A DNA stretch of 63,966 nucleotides, the filler included, from Rhizaria sp. SCN 62-66 (lineage: Eukaryota): NCBI GenBank assembly GCA_001724265.1. It is 4 parts of 4 records of this genome, joined end to end, with 100 filler letters (N's around TTAATTAATTAA, not from the genome) between each part and the next. Parts side by side here need not be neighbours in the genome. Positions count along the whole stretch, not along the records: positions 19,045 to 37,919 come from MEDY01000472.1; positions 38,020 to 56,782 come from MEDY01000473.1; 2 more parts are not named here. One strand, given 5' to 3'. The notes beneath the pieces were generated by a model. That model worked only from the letters and a program-made list of their open reading frames with translations, was not told the origin of the DNA and did no database searches. A program made the translations under genes and the position numbers. Positions 37,177-49,500 of the stretch are shown one piece after another (the stretch's first letter is position 1; each line of letters opens with the position of its first letter).

Positions 37177-37919
37177 ATGGTACGTGCGCATTTGCGAACT
37201 CCTGTTCTACCTTGTCATTACACTCAATCCTGCTGTGAACGGTCATTTGTGCTCCTAACGTTGCCTGACGATCGCGCCTTCGCTCACCGTTCGGTCTCGT
37301 CTCTCGCCCTCCCCGCTCCGCCCCTTGCCGCTGCCCGCTGCTCCTGCGCAGGCCACCAAGGCTGATAACCCCATGAAGGACATCAAGATCTCCAAGATCG
37401 TCGTCAACTGCTGCGTTGGCGAGTCTGGTGACCGTCTTACCCGCGCCGCTAAGGTCCTCGAGGAGCTTGCTGGCGGCCAGGCCCCCGTCTTCTCCGAGGG
37501 TACGTTTCTCTTCCCGCACTCCGTCCCTGTGACTGCGCTGTCTTTTTCTCGACTGCACTCGCTCGCCTCTCTCTATTGCACTTTATCGCGCTTTTCCACG
37601 CGGATAGGAGCATCCACAACTTGCCCCTCGTTTTTCCGTCACCTGCCCCTCACCCCGCTCCTCGCTCACCTCTATTGTTTTCCCTCTGCCGCTTCTGTCC
37701 GTCCTCCTTCGCTCTGCTGCTTTCTTTTCTTGAACCTTTATAGCGCGCCTGACTGTCCGTACCTTCAACATCCGTCGTAACGAGAAGATCGCTTGCCACG
37801 TCACCGTCCGCGGCGACGACGCCGAGCGCATCCTCGCCACCGCCCTCAACACCAAGGACGGCGTCCTCTCTGCGGCCAACTTCTCCGAGACCGGCAACTT
37901 CGGCTTCGGCGTCAACGAG
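37177..37919 (+). CDS. RPL11: 60S ribosomal protein L11 (uL5), 3' truncated; exons 37177-37179, 37352-37499, 37744-37919
   Basis: [34 protein letters not shown]...[29 protein letters not shown]...[11 protein letters not shown]. Two GTACGT introns, the first directly after ATG. Confidence 0.95.
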
Positions 37920-38019
37920 NNNNNNNNNNNNNNNNNNNNNNNNNNNNNNNNNNNNNNNNNNNNTTAATTAATTAANNNNNNNNNNNNNNNNNNNNNNNNN
38001 NNNNNNNNNNNNNNNNNNN
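37920..38019. other. Artificial contig-join spacer
   Basis: N44 + TTAATTAATTAA + N44. Confidence 0.97.
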
Positions 38020-39565
38020 AGAAACACCACCTTTGGACACAGCGAGGGGAATACACCGTGGGCCGTCTTCGTCACCGTCTCACATGCTTTTTTATGTAAA
38101 ATGTCGTGCGTCACAAAACACTTGCAAGAACAAGAGTAACACGAGCACAAACACTAACGCGCGAGTGCCAGCAGTTGCACACGAGATTGTGGGGGGTGTT
38201 ATCAGTTGTGCAATGACACAACAGAGAGGTGTAGAGCTGAGAAATGCAATGCAGGACGACTAGACAAATAAGGGAACGAAGAAAAAGAGTGGGAAAAGAA
38301 ACACAGAGACAAGACAAAAGGAGAAACGGAGAAACACCGGGGAAGCAGTGGCGAAGCTCGCTGGCCACTGGTCACAATCATATTTCCTATCAGAGCGGTT
38401 GTGATAATCATGACGAAGGAGATGTGTTCGGTGACAGTGTTGATGATTCCATGCTTTGTTTGTATCAATCGAGGCATATTGTGTGCGTGTATTTTGTTGT
38501 TCAGACTACAAGACACAATGCAACATATTCGAAAGATTTCCACAGCAATGGCGAGACGAAGATCATCACCCACGAATTGTGATTGTTTTTGTTGTAAGCT
38601 AAGCGTAGCTTAGTTTACTCGTACAGTTAGTTTACAAATTGTTTTTAAACAAAAACAAATATGAACCAACAAAAACAAGTGTGTCACAGAAAGTGACAAA
38701 GCGACTAACATCATACGAAGATGATGATAGAAGAAGGAGCGTGTCAGAAAAAGCAATGACAAAAATGGTTGTGGTGATGATGATTCAAAGAAACGTGCGA
38801 GGGAAAAAAAGTGCAATGTTCATTAGAAGAAAAATTGCAGCCACACAAGTTGGTGGCAACTATAACGTGCGAAATTTGTTTGTGCATAGCATCTCATCAT
38901 TGGGACGCCATGAAACAGACAAACCAAGCATACGAGTCAACCGTAAAGCAAAACGTGGGAGTGCTTTAAAAGTAACTAAGGGGCAGAACATGGAGAGCAA
39001 CAGCACGACTGGTCGAGGGCTTGTTGATAAAGGAAGACATAAATGAGTAAGGATAAAAAATGCAAATGAGCTTGAGCGACGGAACAGTTTCTTGTCGCTC
39101 AAATGCGATGATGATACATTTAGTTAATGTTCTGTACAACATACTGACACAAATGACAACATCATCCGTACGGACATGTACTACAAAGTAACGAGTAATA
39201 TGACGAATTTTAACTGCGTTTAAGCGGCGAGACCAAATTCGAGAAAGACAAAATAAGATGAGACTAGGGACACAGACTTGTACGTTTTGCTGCTTGAGAA
39301 CAAAAGTTGAAACATGAACAGATCGCAAAGCAAAATCTCAAACAAAACAAAACAAAGGCATTAAAAAAAAAAACTAAAAAAAACGAGACACTGAAACAGA
39401 CATGTCCAAAGCTCTCCAGCAATGACACGAAGCACATGAAGACAGTGATGAAAGAAACAGTTATGAAAAAGAAATGAGCGACACAGAACACTTAATTAAA
39501 GATCGCACAGCAACTTGATTAAGATATTTCGACAGCGGAGACAGAGGAACTTCGTGAGCACGCAC

Positions 39566-42500
39566 TTAGTCGTCATCCTCTCCAATCCCTGCTTTGGCGT
39601 CCGCCTCAGCCTTGGCATGCGCCGCCGCCGCGGCCGCGCTGGCAGCCGCTTCGCCCGCGCTGGCAGCCGCCGCACTGCGCAGGTCTGTGGCGACCGAGAC
39701 CGAGCTCGAGTATCCGGCGTCCATGTCGGCCTCCATGTCGCTGTTGCGCTCGACGACGGCGTCCAGCGCCTCGAGCCCGCCCGCGTGCGACGCGACGGCA
39801 ACGCGCTGCCGGCACGCGCGCGTGGCCGCGATCACGGCGCCGGAGCGCATGACGCCCAGCCCCGTGACGGTGTGCTGCACGGAGATTACGTTGACGCACG
39901 CGCGCTTGCAGGCCACGGCCCACTGCGGCGTCAGCCACGGCGGCCGGATCACGCGCGGGAACGCGCGCAGCACGTACTCCTCGACAGACCAGGCGCGTCC
40001 GCCGCGGGCACACGCAACGGCGGCCGTCGCGGCCGCGGCAGTGAAGGGGCACTCCAGCCAGCCCAGCTGCACGGCAGCCGCGGCACGCGCAGCGGCGGTA
40101 ACGGCTGCGCAGGCTGCGATGGACTCCGCGGAAGCGGCTTGAGAGGCGACACGCGCGACACCGTCGCTCTGGCCGTTGGTGCTACCAATGTCGTGGTCGC
40201 CCTCTTTGCCTTCCGAGTTGTCGCCGTTCGCGTGGGCGGTGTCGAGAATTGTCGCGCCGCAAAGCACCGGCGCGTCAGCGACGATTTCCGCCTCGAGCGC
40301 CTTGCGCGTGTGCGCCGTGCCGCGCGTGCGCGCGACGTAGCGCCCGCACGCGTTGATGATGGCCGTGAGCGTGATGTAGTCGACGTTGCGGCCCCAGCAA
40401 GGGTTCTGCGTCAGCAGCAGCGCCGCCGTGGGCAGCGTGTACGGAGACGTCATCGTGCGCGGCGGGAACAGCGGCAGGTGCAGCCCGACGTGGTGGAGTA
40501 CCGTCAGCGCCGCCAGGTCTGACGTCGCCGCGGGCGCGAACAGCGGGCCGGGGCGCGGCCACGCGCGGAGCGAGAGCATGCCGTCCAGGTGCAGGTTCGA
40601 GTGCGCGCCTGCCCACGCGTTGAGACAGTCGTCGTCCGTGTCGCTGGAGAGGTCCTCGCCGCGGCAGCGGTGGCGGTGGCGGCGGCGGTGCGCAAGGCTC
40701 AGGGCAGGCGGCAGCATCGCGGCGCAGTGCTGCAGGTGCATCTGGCGGCGGATAGCCGCGAGCTCGGCCTGGATCGCCATGACACGCGCGCGGAGCTCGC
40801 GCTCGACGGCCAAGAACACGCAGTCGACGCCGCCGTCGCTGGTCGCGGCGCTCTCGGTCGACTGCGACCGCGACTGCAGCTGCGCCTGCTGCGCCGCATG
40901 CGCCTGGCGGCGCTCCGCGGCGGCGCGGCTGACGGCATCGGCCTCCCGCCGCAGCAGCGCGCGCTCGGCTCGCAGCGCGACGACCTTGTCGGCCTGCGCG
41001 ACGGCCTGGCGCTCAGTGAGGGCGACGCCACCGCCGTCGCCGCGCGCAGAGGGCAAGATGCCCCATAGGTGCCAGTCGTCGTCGCCCATGGCGTCCTGCA
41101 GCCCGTAGCCGTAGTCGAACCCGGGCCACAGCACGGGGCGGCGCAGACAGGCCTCGATCACCGTCGCAGCGCCGCCACGGCACTCACGAGACGCGCGGCC
41201 CTCAGCAACGGCGGCGACAGCGGGAGCAGCTGCGCCGTGAGCAGTGCAGGCGAGTCTGCGGCGGTGCTCGGGGCAAGACGCGAGCGTGCGCGTGCGCGCG
41301 GCCGTGGTCGCGGCGGCGGAGTCCGGGTACGACGCGGAAGCGAGCAGCGGAGTGCTGGTGGTGCTTTCGGAACCCGAGTCCCAGTTTGCTGCCTCGGTGA
41401 AACTGCAGCCGGTGTTGTTGCCGCGGCAACGGCACTGACAGTTACTGTTGTTGTTGTTGTTGTTGTTGTTGCTGTTGTTGTTGTTGTTGTTGTTGTTGAT
41501 AGCGTTGTTGCTGGAGCTGAGGCTGTTGTGGCCTGTGGTGCCGGGCAGAGAGGCGGGTGCGTAGAGCGGTGCTGTCATCGCAGCAGTGGCAGCAGCAGGC
41601 ACTTGCACTCGAAGGCCTTGCTTACCAACCACATCGCCAGACGGGAACGAGGCGTTGTTCTGGCTGTTGCTGCTCGTGCTGCCAGCGAGCGCAAGCGCAA
41701 GCGCGGGGTTCTGCGCCACGACAACGCTGCCCATGCTCGGACTCATCGCGCCGGTGGGGACGGTCGCGGGCGCGCCGAGGCTCGTGACCGACAGCGCGGC
41801 GACTGGCGTCGGCACCAGGTGGCTGTGCGCGGGGTTGTACGCGCTGCTGCTCGTGTGCAGCAGCGCGGGCGTCGCGGCCTCGACGATGCACGGCGTTGCG
41901 CAGATGTCGCCGCTGTTGAGCGGCGTGGCGGTCTGAATCGTGCGCGCCGCCGCCTGCAGCAGCGCCTGCTGCGGCTTCTGCAGGCCGCTGGCGGCGGCGG
42001 CGGCGTCGGCGATTGAGACAGAAAGCGGAAGTATAACAGCTGCATTGGTCATGGCTGCGCCCGCGTTCACAGCAGCAAATGGGTTCTCTGACGGCTTGTG
42101 CGAAGCCAATGGAGTCATGACAAGCTCACAGTCACTAGAACCCTTGTTCTGCTTCCCCGTGGCGTTACTGTTGCTGCTATTCAGCTTGTTCACCGTTGCC
42201 GCAGCCGTAACCGCCGCGACCGCAGCGTCAGCGGCAGCACTGGCCGCGGCCTTGGCGGCAGCAATCGCCGCCGTCGTGGCTCTAGTTACCACGGCCACGC
42301 CCGCGGCCTCGCCTGCCGCCATCGCGGCCTCGATCGCGACTCTGACCAGGTCGTGCACGGGCACGGGCGCAGGCGCGGCCGCAGTTGTCGTCTCGTCGTT
42401 GCTGTACGCCGCGGCGGGCCCCAGGTAGGCCTCGCGCTCGCGGGCGCGGATCAGCCGGTCCCGGTGCGCCTCCCAGCGCGCGCGCGCGGCGTCGGCGGCG

Positions 42501-45500
42501 GCCTGCGCCGTGCGCTGGCGCCGGTGGTCGGCCCGCAGCGCGGCCACGGCTGCGGCGCGCTCGGCGGCCGCGGTGGCGTCCTGCGGGGCCGGGCCCGAAA
42601 GCGCGAGGAGCCGCTGCAGGAGCTGCAGTGAGGGCTGGTCGGCGATGTTGCACGAGGCCCAACCGGGGAGCACCGACGGCACGGCCTCGCGCGCCAGCGG
42701 GACGCCGCCGAAGTTGCGCGGGCCCAGCGAGCCGCCGCTGCTGCCCGCGCCGGCAGCAGCGCCGTCAGCGTCACTGAGGCTGCCGTTGCCGGTGCCCGCG
42801 GCCCCGCGCCGCTTCCGGTGGGGCCGCAGCGGCGACGGGCGCAGGAGCTTGTCGCTGCCGAGCGTGACGCGCGCGAGTGCGAGCGCGCCGCGGGTGTCGG
42901 AGATGCGCTGCGCACTGAGCGTGTCGCGCGCGAGCGCCTCGGCCGCATTGGCGCCGTCGTGCGTCGGGTCGTCGTAGTAGTTGCTGCGGTCCACACCCAT
43001 GCCCGGGGCGCCGCTGCCAGTGCCGCCGACGCCGCCGCCGCTGCAGGAGCTAGAGTTGGAGCCGCCGGAGCAGACGCTGTTGCTGTGGCCGCTGTGGTGG
43101 GCGTTAGCGTCGTAGTCGTCGTCCGACTCGCAGGCGCACGCGACGGCGGCGCGGGCCGCAATCGCGGCGGCCAGCGCCTCCGCCTCGGCCTCAGCGCTCG
43201 TTGCCACGGCCACAGAGACATGAGAGGCCGAGATCGCGGGCGAGAGCGTCGAGCGCGAGAGCGGGGGCGACAGCCCGCTGCCCTGCTGCGCCGCGGCAGC
43301 CGACGGCGCGTTGAACTGCGTTGAGCAGCGCGCGGGCGCAGTCGCGCTGGCCGGCAGCGACTGCGGCACGGCGGCGGCGGCGCTGCGGCTGCGCTGGAAC
43401 AAGTCGGAGGCAGGGAGCTCGCCGCCCTTATCGGAGCTGAGTCTCGTGATCGAGTTCGAGTGAGGGTCGGAGATGACGGGCGTCGGCATGGGCAGCGTGG
43501 TTGAGGTCGCTTGCGGAGACGCTGCCGAGGTCAGGGAGCTCGGCGATGACGCCGTGTGTCTATGGCACGGCTTGGAGTTGAGACCGGGAACCTCGAAGTG
43601 GGAGGGGATCGGACTCGGGACATCACCAAAGCCAGCGATAGTATGGCAGCACTCGGTGCTGCAGTTGCCGTCACTGTTGTCTTTGATGACAATGATAGCG
43701 CTCTCGCACAGTCCGAAGCAGCAGCCCTTGCACCCGGGCACCGCATGGACGCCCGCGATGGACTCGGCGACCGTGGTGGAAACGCTCACCGCCCGACTTA
43801 CACCCGGCCCACTGTGCATGCTCAGCGCCGGACTCACGCCCGCGCCCACGCCACCGCTGCCGCCGCTGCCGCCCGCCGCCGCCGCCGCTGTTGTTGTCGA
43901 GAGCGGGTGCGCCGCGCACCGGCGCGCACGGAGCACGCGCGCGCCCACGGTGGGGTCCTTGCGGTCGACCCCCGCGGCCTCGGCGACGACCAGGGGCACG
44001 GTGAGCTCACCCCGCGCCTCCGTGGCGGCCACCGCGGCGGCGCCGATGGCGAGGACCGTAGCGCTGGCGCTCGCCATGCCGGGCCCCGCGCGGCTGCTGT
44101 CGCAGTCGCTGTGCGAGCCGCTGGAGCCGCCGTCGTCGTCCACGCAGTCGTTGACTCTTTTTCTCGGTTGCTGCTGCTGCGGCTGCTGTTGTTGCAGCTT
44201 GATCCGCTGCTCGCGGCGCAGGCTCCTGCGCTGCATCTTGAGCTCGATCGCCCTAGCCTTGACACCGGGCGACCCGGCGGCGACGGCGCACTCGCGCAGC
44301 ACCGCGACGGCGCGCGCGCACGCGTAGCGCCGGGCGCGCTCGGCCCCGCGCGCGCGCAGCGTGCCCACGGCCTCTGCACGCGCGCGCGGGTGCAGCGCGA
44401 AGAGCTCGTTAACGGGCGCGGCCGAGAGGTCCCACGCGCGCAGCGTGTTGTCGCCGCTGGCCGACAGCAGTTCGACGCCCGGGAGCACGGCGAGCGCGGT
44501 GATGCGGCGCTGGTGGCCCGTAAGCACGTGCACAGGGGTGCGCGTGAAGCGCAGGTCCCAGGTCCGCACCATGCGGTCCCACCCGCCCGTGGCCAGCAGC
44601 CCCGCAAAGTGGGCGCCGCCGCCGCCCACGACGCCGCCGTGCGACGCGAAGGCCGGGTTTGGCAGCGCCTGCGGGTCGCGCGCCAGGGCATCGCTCCACG
44701 CGTCGCAGCCCTCGGCGCGCGCTGCGCTCGCGGCGGCGGACGAGCGCCCGTTGCTGCGCGACGCAGTGCCGGTACTGGTGCCGTTGCTGTCGGCGTCTGT
44801 GTCGGCGTCCGTGTCGGAGTCGGGCTCGGGGCCAAGGCCGCCGCGGCGCCGCTGCTGCTGGCGCTGCTGGTGCCGCTGCTGAAGCTGTCGAAAGCGGCTC
44901 TGCGTCGCTGCCGCGGGGACGAGCGTGGCGGCCGAGGGCCCGATGACCGTGGCGCGCTCGACCAGCGCGGGGTCAAAGACGAGCATCGCGCGCCGGCTGC
45001 GACGCAGCGCGCGGCGACTGCTCCGCGCACCGCCGACGTGGCTGCAGTCGCGGCGCTCGTCGTAGTCCTCGTCAGCTCTGTCACTGTCGTTCTCGTTGTC
45101 CCCGTGCTCGTCGTCGGAGCCGCAGCCGCGGGGCACCCAGTACTTGCTGAGCGCGGGCGCGGGTGCCACGCTCTGCTTGAGGTGGCTCTGGAACGCGGCG
45201 TAGCTCTGCGTCGTCGGCGGACCCGGATGCGACCACCAGGGGTACCCGCCGTCGTAGCCGCGCATCATCTTCGCCTTGGCCTCCGCCTTCGTCAGAGGAG
45301 CCTTGGGCGCCTTCGTCTTCGCGGTGCTGTTCGCCGCGTTGTTGTAAGGCATGCTGTTGCTGATGCTGCGACTGCCGTGAGCGCCACTGCCGGCGTTGCG
45401 GCTGCTGCTGCCGGCTTGCGCGGGCGGCAGCGCCGAGTCAAAGGCCTGCTCCCACGCGCGCTGCCACTGCGCGAGCTGCCTGCGGCCCTCGGCGCCCGTG

Positions 45501-46868
45501 GCGACGACGGCGGGCGGCGGCACGTGTGCCAGCGCGCTGACGCCCGCAGCGTGACCGTGAGCGATGGCCAGCGACGTGCGCGGCGCGCGCAGGTCGTGCA
45601 GCGAAACCAGCCCGTCCCAGCCCGCCGTCGCCAGCAGCCCGTCGCCCAGCGGCGCGCGCCGCTTCGACGCCGTGGAGCCGCCGCCGCTGCCGGAGCTTTT
45701 GCTGTGGCTGTGGCTAGAGGCGCAGCTGTTGCTGCAGCTCATCGTCTCATCGACCAGCATCGCACCGTCGACTTCGTCTTGCTACGCGGCGTCGGCGGCG
45801 GCGGCGGCGGCGGAGAGCGCAGCCGCAACGCGCGAGGCCGCGGCCGCGGGCTCCGGGTCGCGATGCCAGCAGTCGACCTCTTCGAAGGCGGCGGGCAGGT
45901 AGAGCATGGCGCGCACGGAGCGCTCGTTCGCGGCGTGCACGCGGAGGGTGCGCACGGGCGTGTTCGCGGGCCCCTCAATGGACCACAGGCGCACGAAGCC
46001 GCTGATGCAGCCGGAGGCAACCTGCGCACCCGCAGACGGGGGCAGCGCGGCGACCGACAGCACGACCTACAAGCAGGAGAGTTCGTAAACGAGATGAAAG
46101 ATGTAAGATAAGTCTCAGGAATGCACCGGGAGCTGGTACTGTACAGCGAAGTAAAACAAACGATTGACATGCAAGATACAAGCAAAACATCAAAAGGCAA
46201 TGAAATAATGCCCCAATTGGTCTTTAAGTCATAAAACAAGTGCCTGAGATGCGAGTACAGTAATGTGCGTTGCAGAGGCGCATTGTGTAAGCGCGTTGCG
46301 TAAGCGAGAGACGTACTTGTCCTTCGTGCTCGCCGAGCGTCTGCACGTGCCCGACGCGGTGGTCCTCGCCGGCGTCGTACAGACTCACGCGCCCGGCCAT
46401 GTCTCCGGCCACAAAGAGCCCCTGGGAGTTAAGCCAGGGCGTGTAGGCGCTAGGCGTCGTCTGCAGCGGCGCCAGCGCTGCAAGGCAGCGGACGCCGTCG
46501 CAGTCGTCGGGCCGCAGGATGCTGTGCAGTGGCTGCGGCTGCGGACGGCGGCGGCCCGCGCGGGGGCGGCCCGCGGCCGCGGCGGCCGAGGCGGCGGCCG
46601 CGGCGGCGGCGGCAGACGCGTCGGCGCCGTACCGAGTGTTTTCGCGGTATTGCTGTTGCGTGTTGGGGGTGTTCTTGGGCAAGTCCCAGCCGTCGTGGGT
46701 CACCAAACGACATTCGGAGCCAACGGAAGAAACGAGCGTGCCGTTGGCAAGGCACGTGATAGCTTCGACGTGGTTGGGGTGCAAGTCAGTGGCGGGAGCG
46801 AGGGATTTGAGGTCGAAGGAGCCGCCGAGAGGGCGGTAGAACGGGGCAGGTTTGCCGAAGTACGCCAT
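39566..46868 (-). CDS. Large WD40-repeat protein with extensive low-complexity regions; exons 46868-46317 and 46066-39566; in-frame TAG at 45782-45784
   Basis: WD repeats FVAGDMAGRVSLYD, VASGCISGFVRLWS, LLATAGWDGLVSLHD, LLATGGWDRMVRTWD and GHQRRITALAV...LLSASGDNTLRAWD lie on both sides of the TAG. GTACGT...AG intron at 46316-46067. Ends in TAA. Confidence 0.75.
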
Positions 46869-47862
46869 TGACAGCTCATGCACCTAAAGCGAACCGAGAG
46901 GGCATAACAGAATAGCGGATGTGTAGGAAAAGGGTTTTGTGGTGAGAATAGGAGATGTTAAGGTTAGTGTAAGTGAGAATTCACCGACAATTGCAAACGA
47001 TCCTTGGCAATAGAGTGCGTGGCAAGGGTGCGGAGACGGACCTGAGGTAATACCAGCCCCCAGCGATCGATCCAAGAGGATAAAAGCGAAGGGGCTACAA
47101 GAAAAATGTATCGAAGAGGCGAGGAAAGTTAGTTCAAAAGGGATGAGCGACATTACAAGGCGTCCGAACCAATAAAGTAATGCGCCTCGGAGATGGCGTG
47201 GCTAGTGAGGCCGTGGAAAGAAGTGGATTTTTGTCGAGACATGGAACGTCAAGCGGAGAAATAACCCTAATATAAGTGTCTATATTTGCTAATAAACAAG
47301 TTTAATAATTAATTACGCCACGTACGTTTGGATTGCCCTGGATATGACGCCATTTTGAAGGTTGCGTCAAAGCGCCCAGTCCGAAGAGCCTTTTAACTGA
47401 CGTAAAAGCCACACAGAGGACTTAAGCCTGCACGGGCAAGAACAAAACAAAAGGAAAATGTAGTTAAATAGTCTGACAATCGTATAGTTCAGCTGCGCAC
47501 TTAATAACATGCAGTGACTGCTTCTGACGATTGCTTTGTAAGCAAAGATGCTCCCCCTTTGTGGGGCAACGGCGGCATGAAAGGTCAAAGCAAAGAAAGC
47601 CGCACTTTGACAGGGAAATAAAACATTCCTAACAAAATAAGCAGCGCTGTATAGTAAAGCAATATATCAAAACTTCCAAAAGAAACACGCTTTTCCTTAT
47701 ACACGTCACAGCGTCGCGAAATCCTGGGAATTCCGCTCGCCCAGGCCTTCACCAGTCGTACCACTAGCCCCAAAACCGCGCTTTACACACGCGGTCACCA
47801 GCTCGACTTCGTTCCATTGACATTTAAAACGCGTTATTAATGTTAACCACGTGGTCAGCCAT

Positions 47863-48810
47863 TCAAAACCCGGGGAAGGGCTCCTCGCGCTGCATCCAGT
47901 TGTCCTTGGCCCACTCCGCGCCGCCGTCAACGACGTGCAGCGTGTAGGCGTGGCGCTGCGCGGCGCTCTTGTTCTCGAACGAGTAATGCACAAGCGCGCC
48001 GTGCAGCACCACCAGCGAGCCGGCGGGCACGTCGAGGCACACGCCACCCTCCATCTTGAGGTCCGTCTCGGCCACGGGCGGCGTGAAGTACGTCTTGCGC
48101 GTCACCTCTCCGGTCTCGGCGTTGGTCTCTGTGCGCAGGCGGTAGCGCGTGCGCAGGCCGGCCTTGTGCGAGCCCGGCACGGCGTACATGCAGCCGTTGT
48201 CGCGTGTCGCGTCGTCGAGCGCGACCCAGAGTCCCACGCACGTCTGCGGCTCGGTGTACAGGAACGCCGAGTCCTGGTGCGCGCCGACCTTGCCGCCGAT
48301 GAAAGGCTGTTTGAAGATGTACATGCTCTGCGCCAGGCGCGGGTCCTGCATGCCCAGCGACGCGCACAGCTGCTTGAAGGGCGTCGAGGCCGAGTACGCG
48401 CGGAACGCGGGATCGCGCTCATGCAGCGCGTGGCCGATCTTGTTGATGGACTTGTTCTTAGCGTAACGCAGATCGCCGTTTGCGTCGAACGCGTCGGCCT
48501 CGAAGAAGCACCGCACCTGGTCGCCCGAATCGAGCATGTAGTCGTCCACAACCTTTTCCTGTGCCGAGGTGGTGAAGACAGAGCGGAAGGCCGAGGGGTC
48601 GAAGGCGTCCAGGATGGCCTCGGCGGAAGACTGCAGCGCCAGGAGCTGGTCGCGCGTGACCCAGTCCCGGATGACCAGGTAGCCGTCGCGCTCGTAGTCC
48701 TCGAGCTGCTGCGCCGTCAGCTTCGACAGCACGTCGACAGTGTTCGCGGGAAAGGCGCCCGCGCGCGCGGCAAGAGATGTGGTGTCGCTCTCAGCGGTCG
48801 GGGAGGACAT
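47863..48810 (-). CDS. PHYHD1: Phytanoyl-CoA dioxygenase family protein (PHYHD1-like 2OG-Fe(II) oxygenase)
   Basis: INKIGHALH, QSMYIFKQPFIGGKVGAHQDSAFLYTEP (HxD), WVALDDATRDNGC and VHYSFENKS...RHAYTLH. Intronless; ends in TGA. Confidence 0.9.
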   Translation of the reverse strand: MSSPTAESDTTSLAARAGAFPANTVDVLSKLTAQQLEDYERDGYLVIRDWVTRDQLLALQSSAEAILDAFDPSAFRSVFTTSAQEKVVDDYMLDSGDQVRCFFEADAFDANGDLRYAKNKSINKIGHALHERDPAFRAYSASTPFKQLCASLGMQDPRLAQSMYIFKQPFIGGKVGAHQDSAFLYTEPQTCVGLWVALDDATRDNGCMYAVPGSHKAGLRTRYRLRTETNAETGEVTRKTYFTPPVAETDLKMEGGVCLDVPAGSLVVLHGALVHYSFENKSAAQRHAYTLHVVDGGAEWAKDNWMQREEPFPGF

Positions 48811-49500
48811 GAAACAAGTCTGACTTGGTGGAAAATGGCGGGGTGGTGAGTGCTGGATCGAATTTGAGTGGCATCGTGAAGTTCCGTCTACTGTGTCTTA
48901 ATAAGACATCTCATTAAAGTTCCAATCACAGAAATATGTTGAAACCACTTAATTTTTTTATGCAAAGTCTCTTCGCTCCGTTTTGACGAAGTAGTATCGT
49001 TGGAGCAACTCTGATTGAAACGCCTCCACGTGGCCCTGTCATTTCTTGATGAGCCGACCACAAACGTGATATCGTTGATGACAAACTGCATTCGCTCATA
49101 TTTTCTCAACAAGGCACTTGAAGATGCAAATTTCTTTGCAGTCTGTTCTATCAATTTATGAATTAATCTCTATGGCCGTGGTTTCAAACGCAAATCAGTC
49201 TGTATACAAGTCATAATCTGTGTACCTGACCATATTCATCTTCATCACCATCAACAAAGATCAATAGTTGACGCTCAACCATAAATTCAAACAACAAAAC
49301 ATACAATACATACACAACCATAAAGACAATTACTACTATATGTCATAATACTGCCATACTCATACATACATAATCTCAACTTGCCCTCAACATTAGGTTA
49401 CAAAAACAGTAAGACCGTTGTTTGTTGGCATTCTGGAGGTTAAATTTGACCTGTCCTTATAAGCCTGCGCTTGCAAGCTCTCCTGTAACAGCGTGTGTGC

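Noticed and set aside
41446-41497. (GTT)n, (GCC)n and (CTG)n runs as CRISPR arrays, telomeres or mobile-element repeats
   Set aside because: They are coding trinucleotide repeats for poly-Asn, poly-Ala and poly-Gln, with no repeat-spacer structure, terminal repeats or transposase.
43556-46111. Long antisense or alternate-frame ORFs (e.g. 851 aa here, 433 aa at 53153-54454, 332 aa at 47851-48849)
   Set aside because: These are shadows of GC-rich coding sequence on the opposite strand, with Arg/Gly-rich translations and no recognisable motifs.
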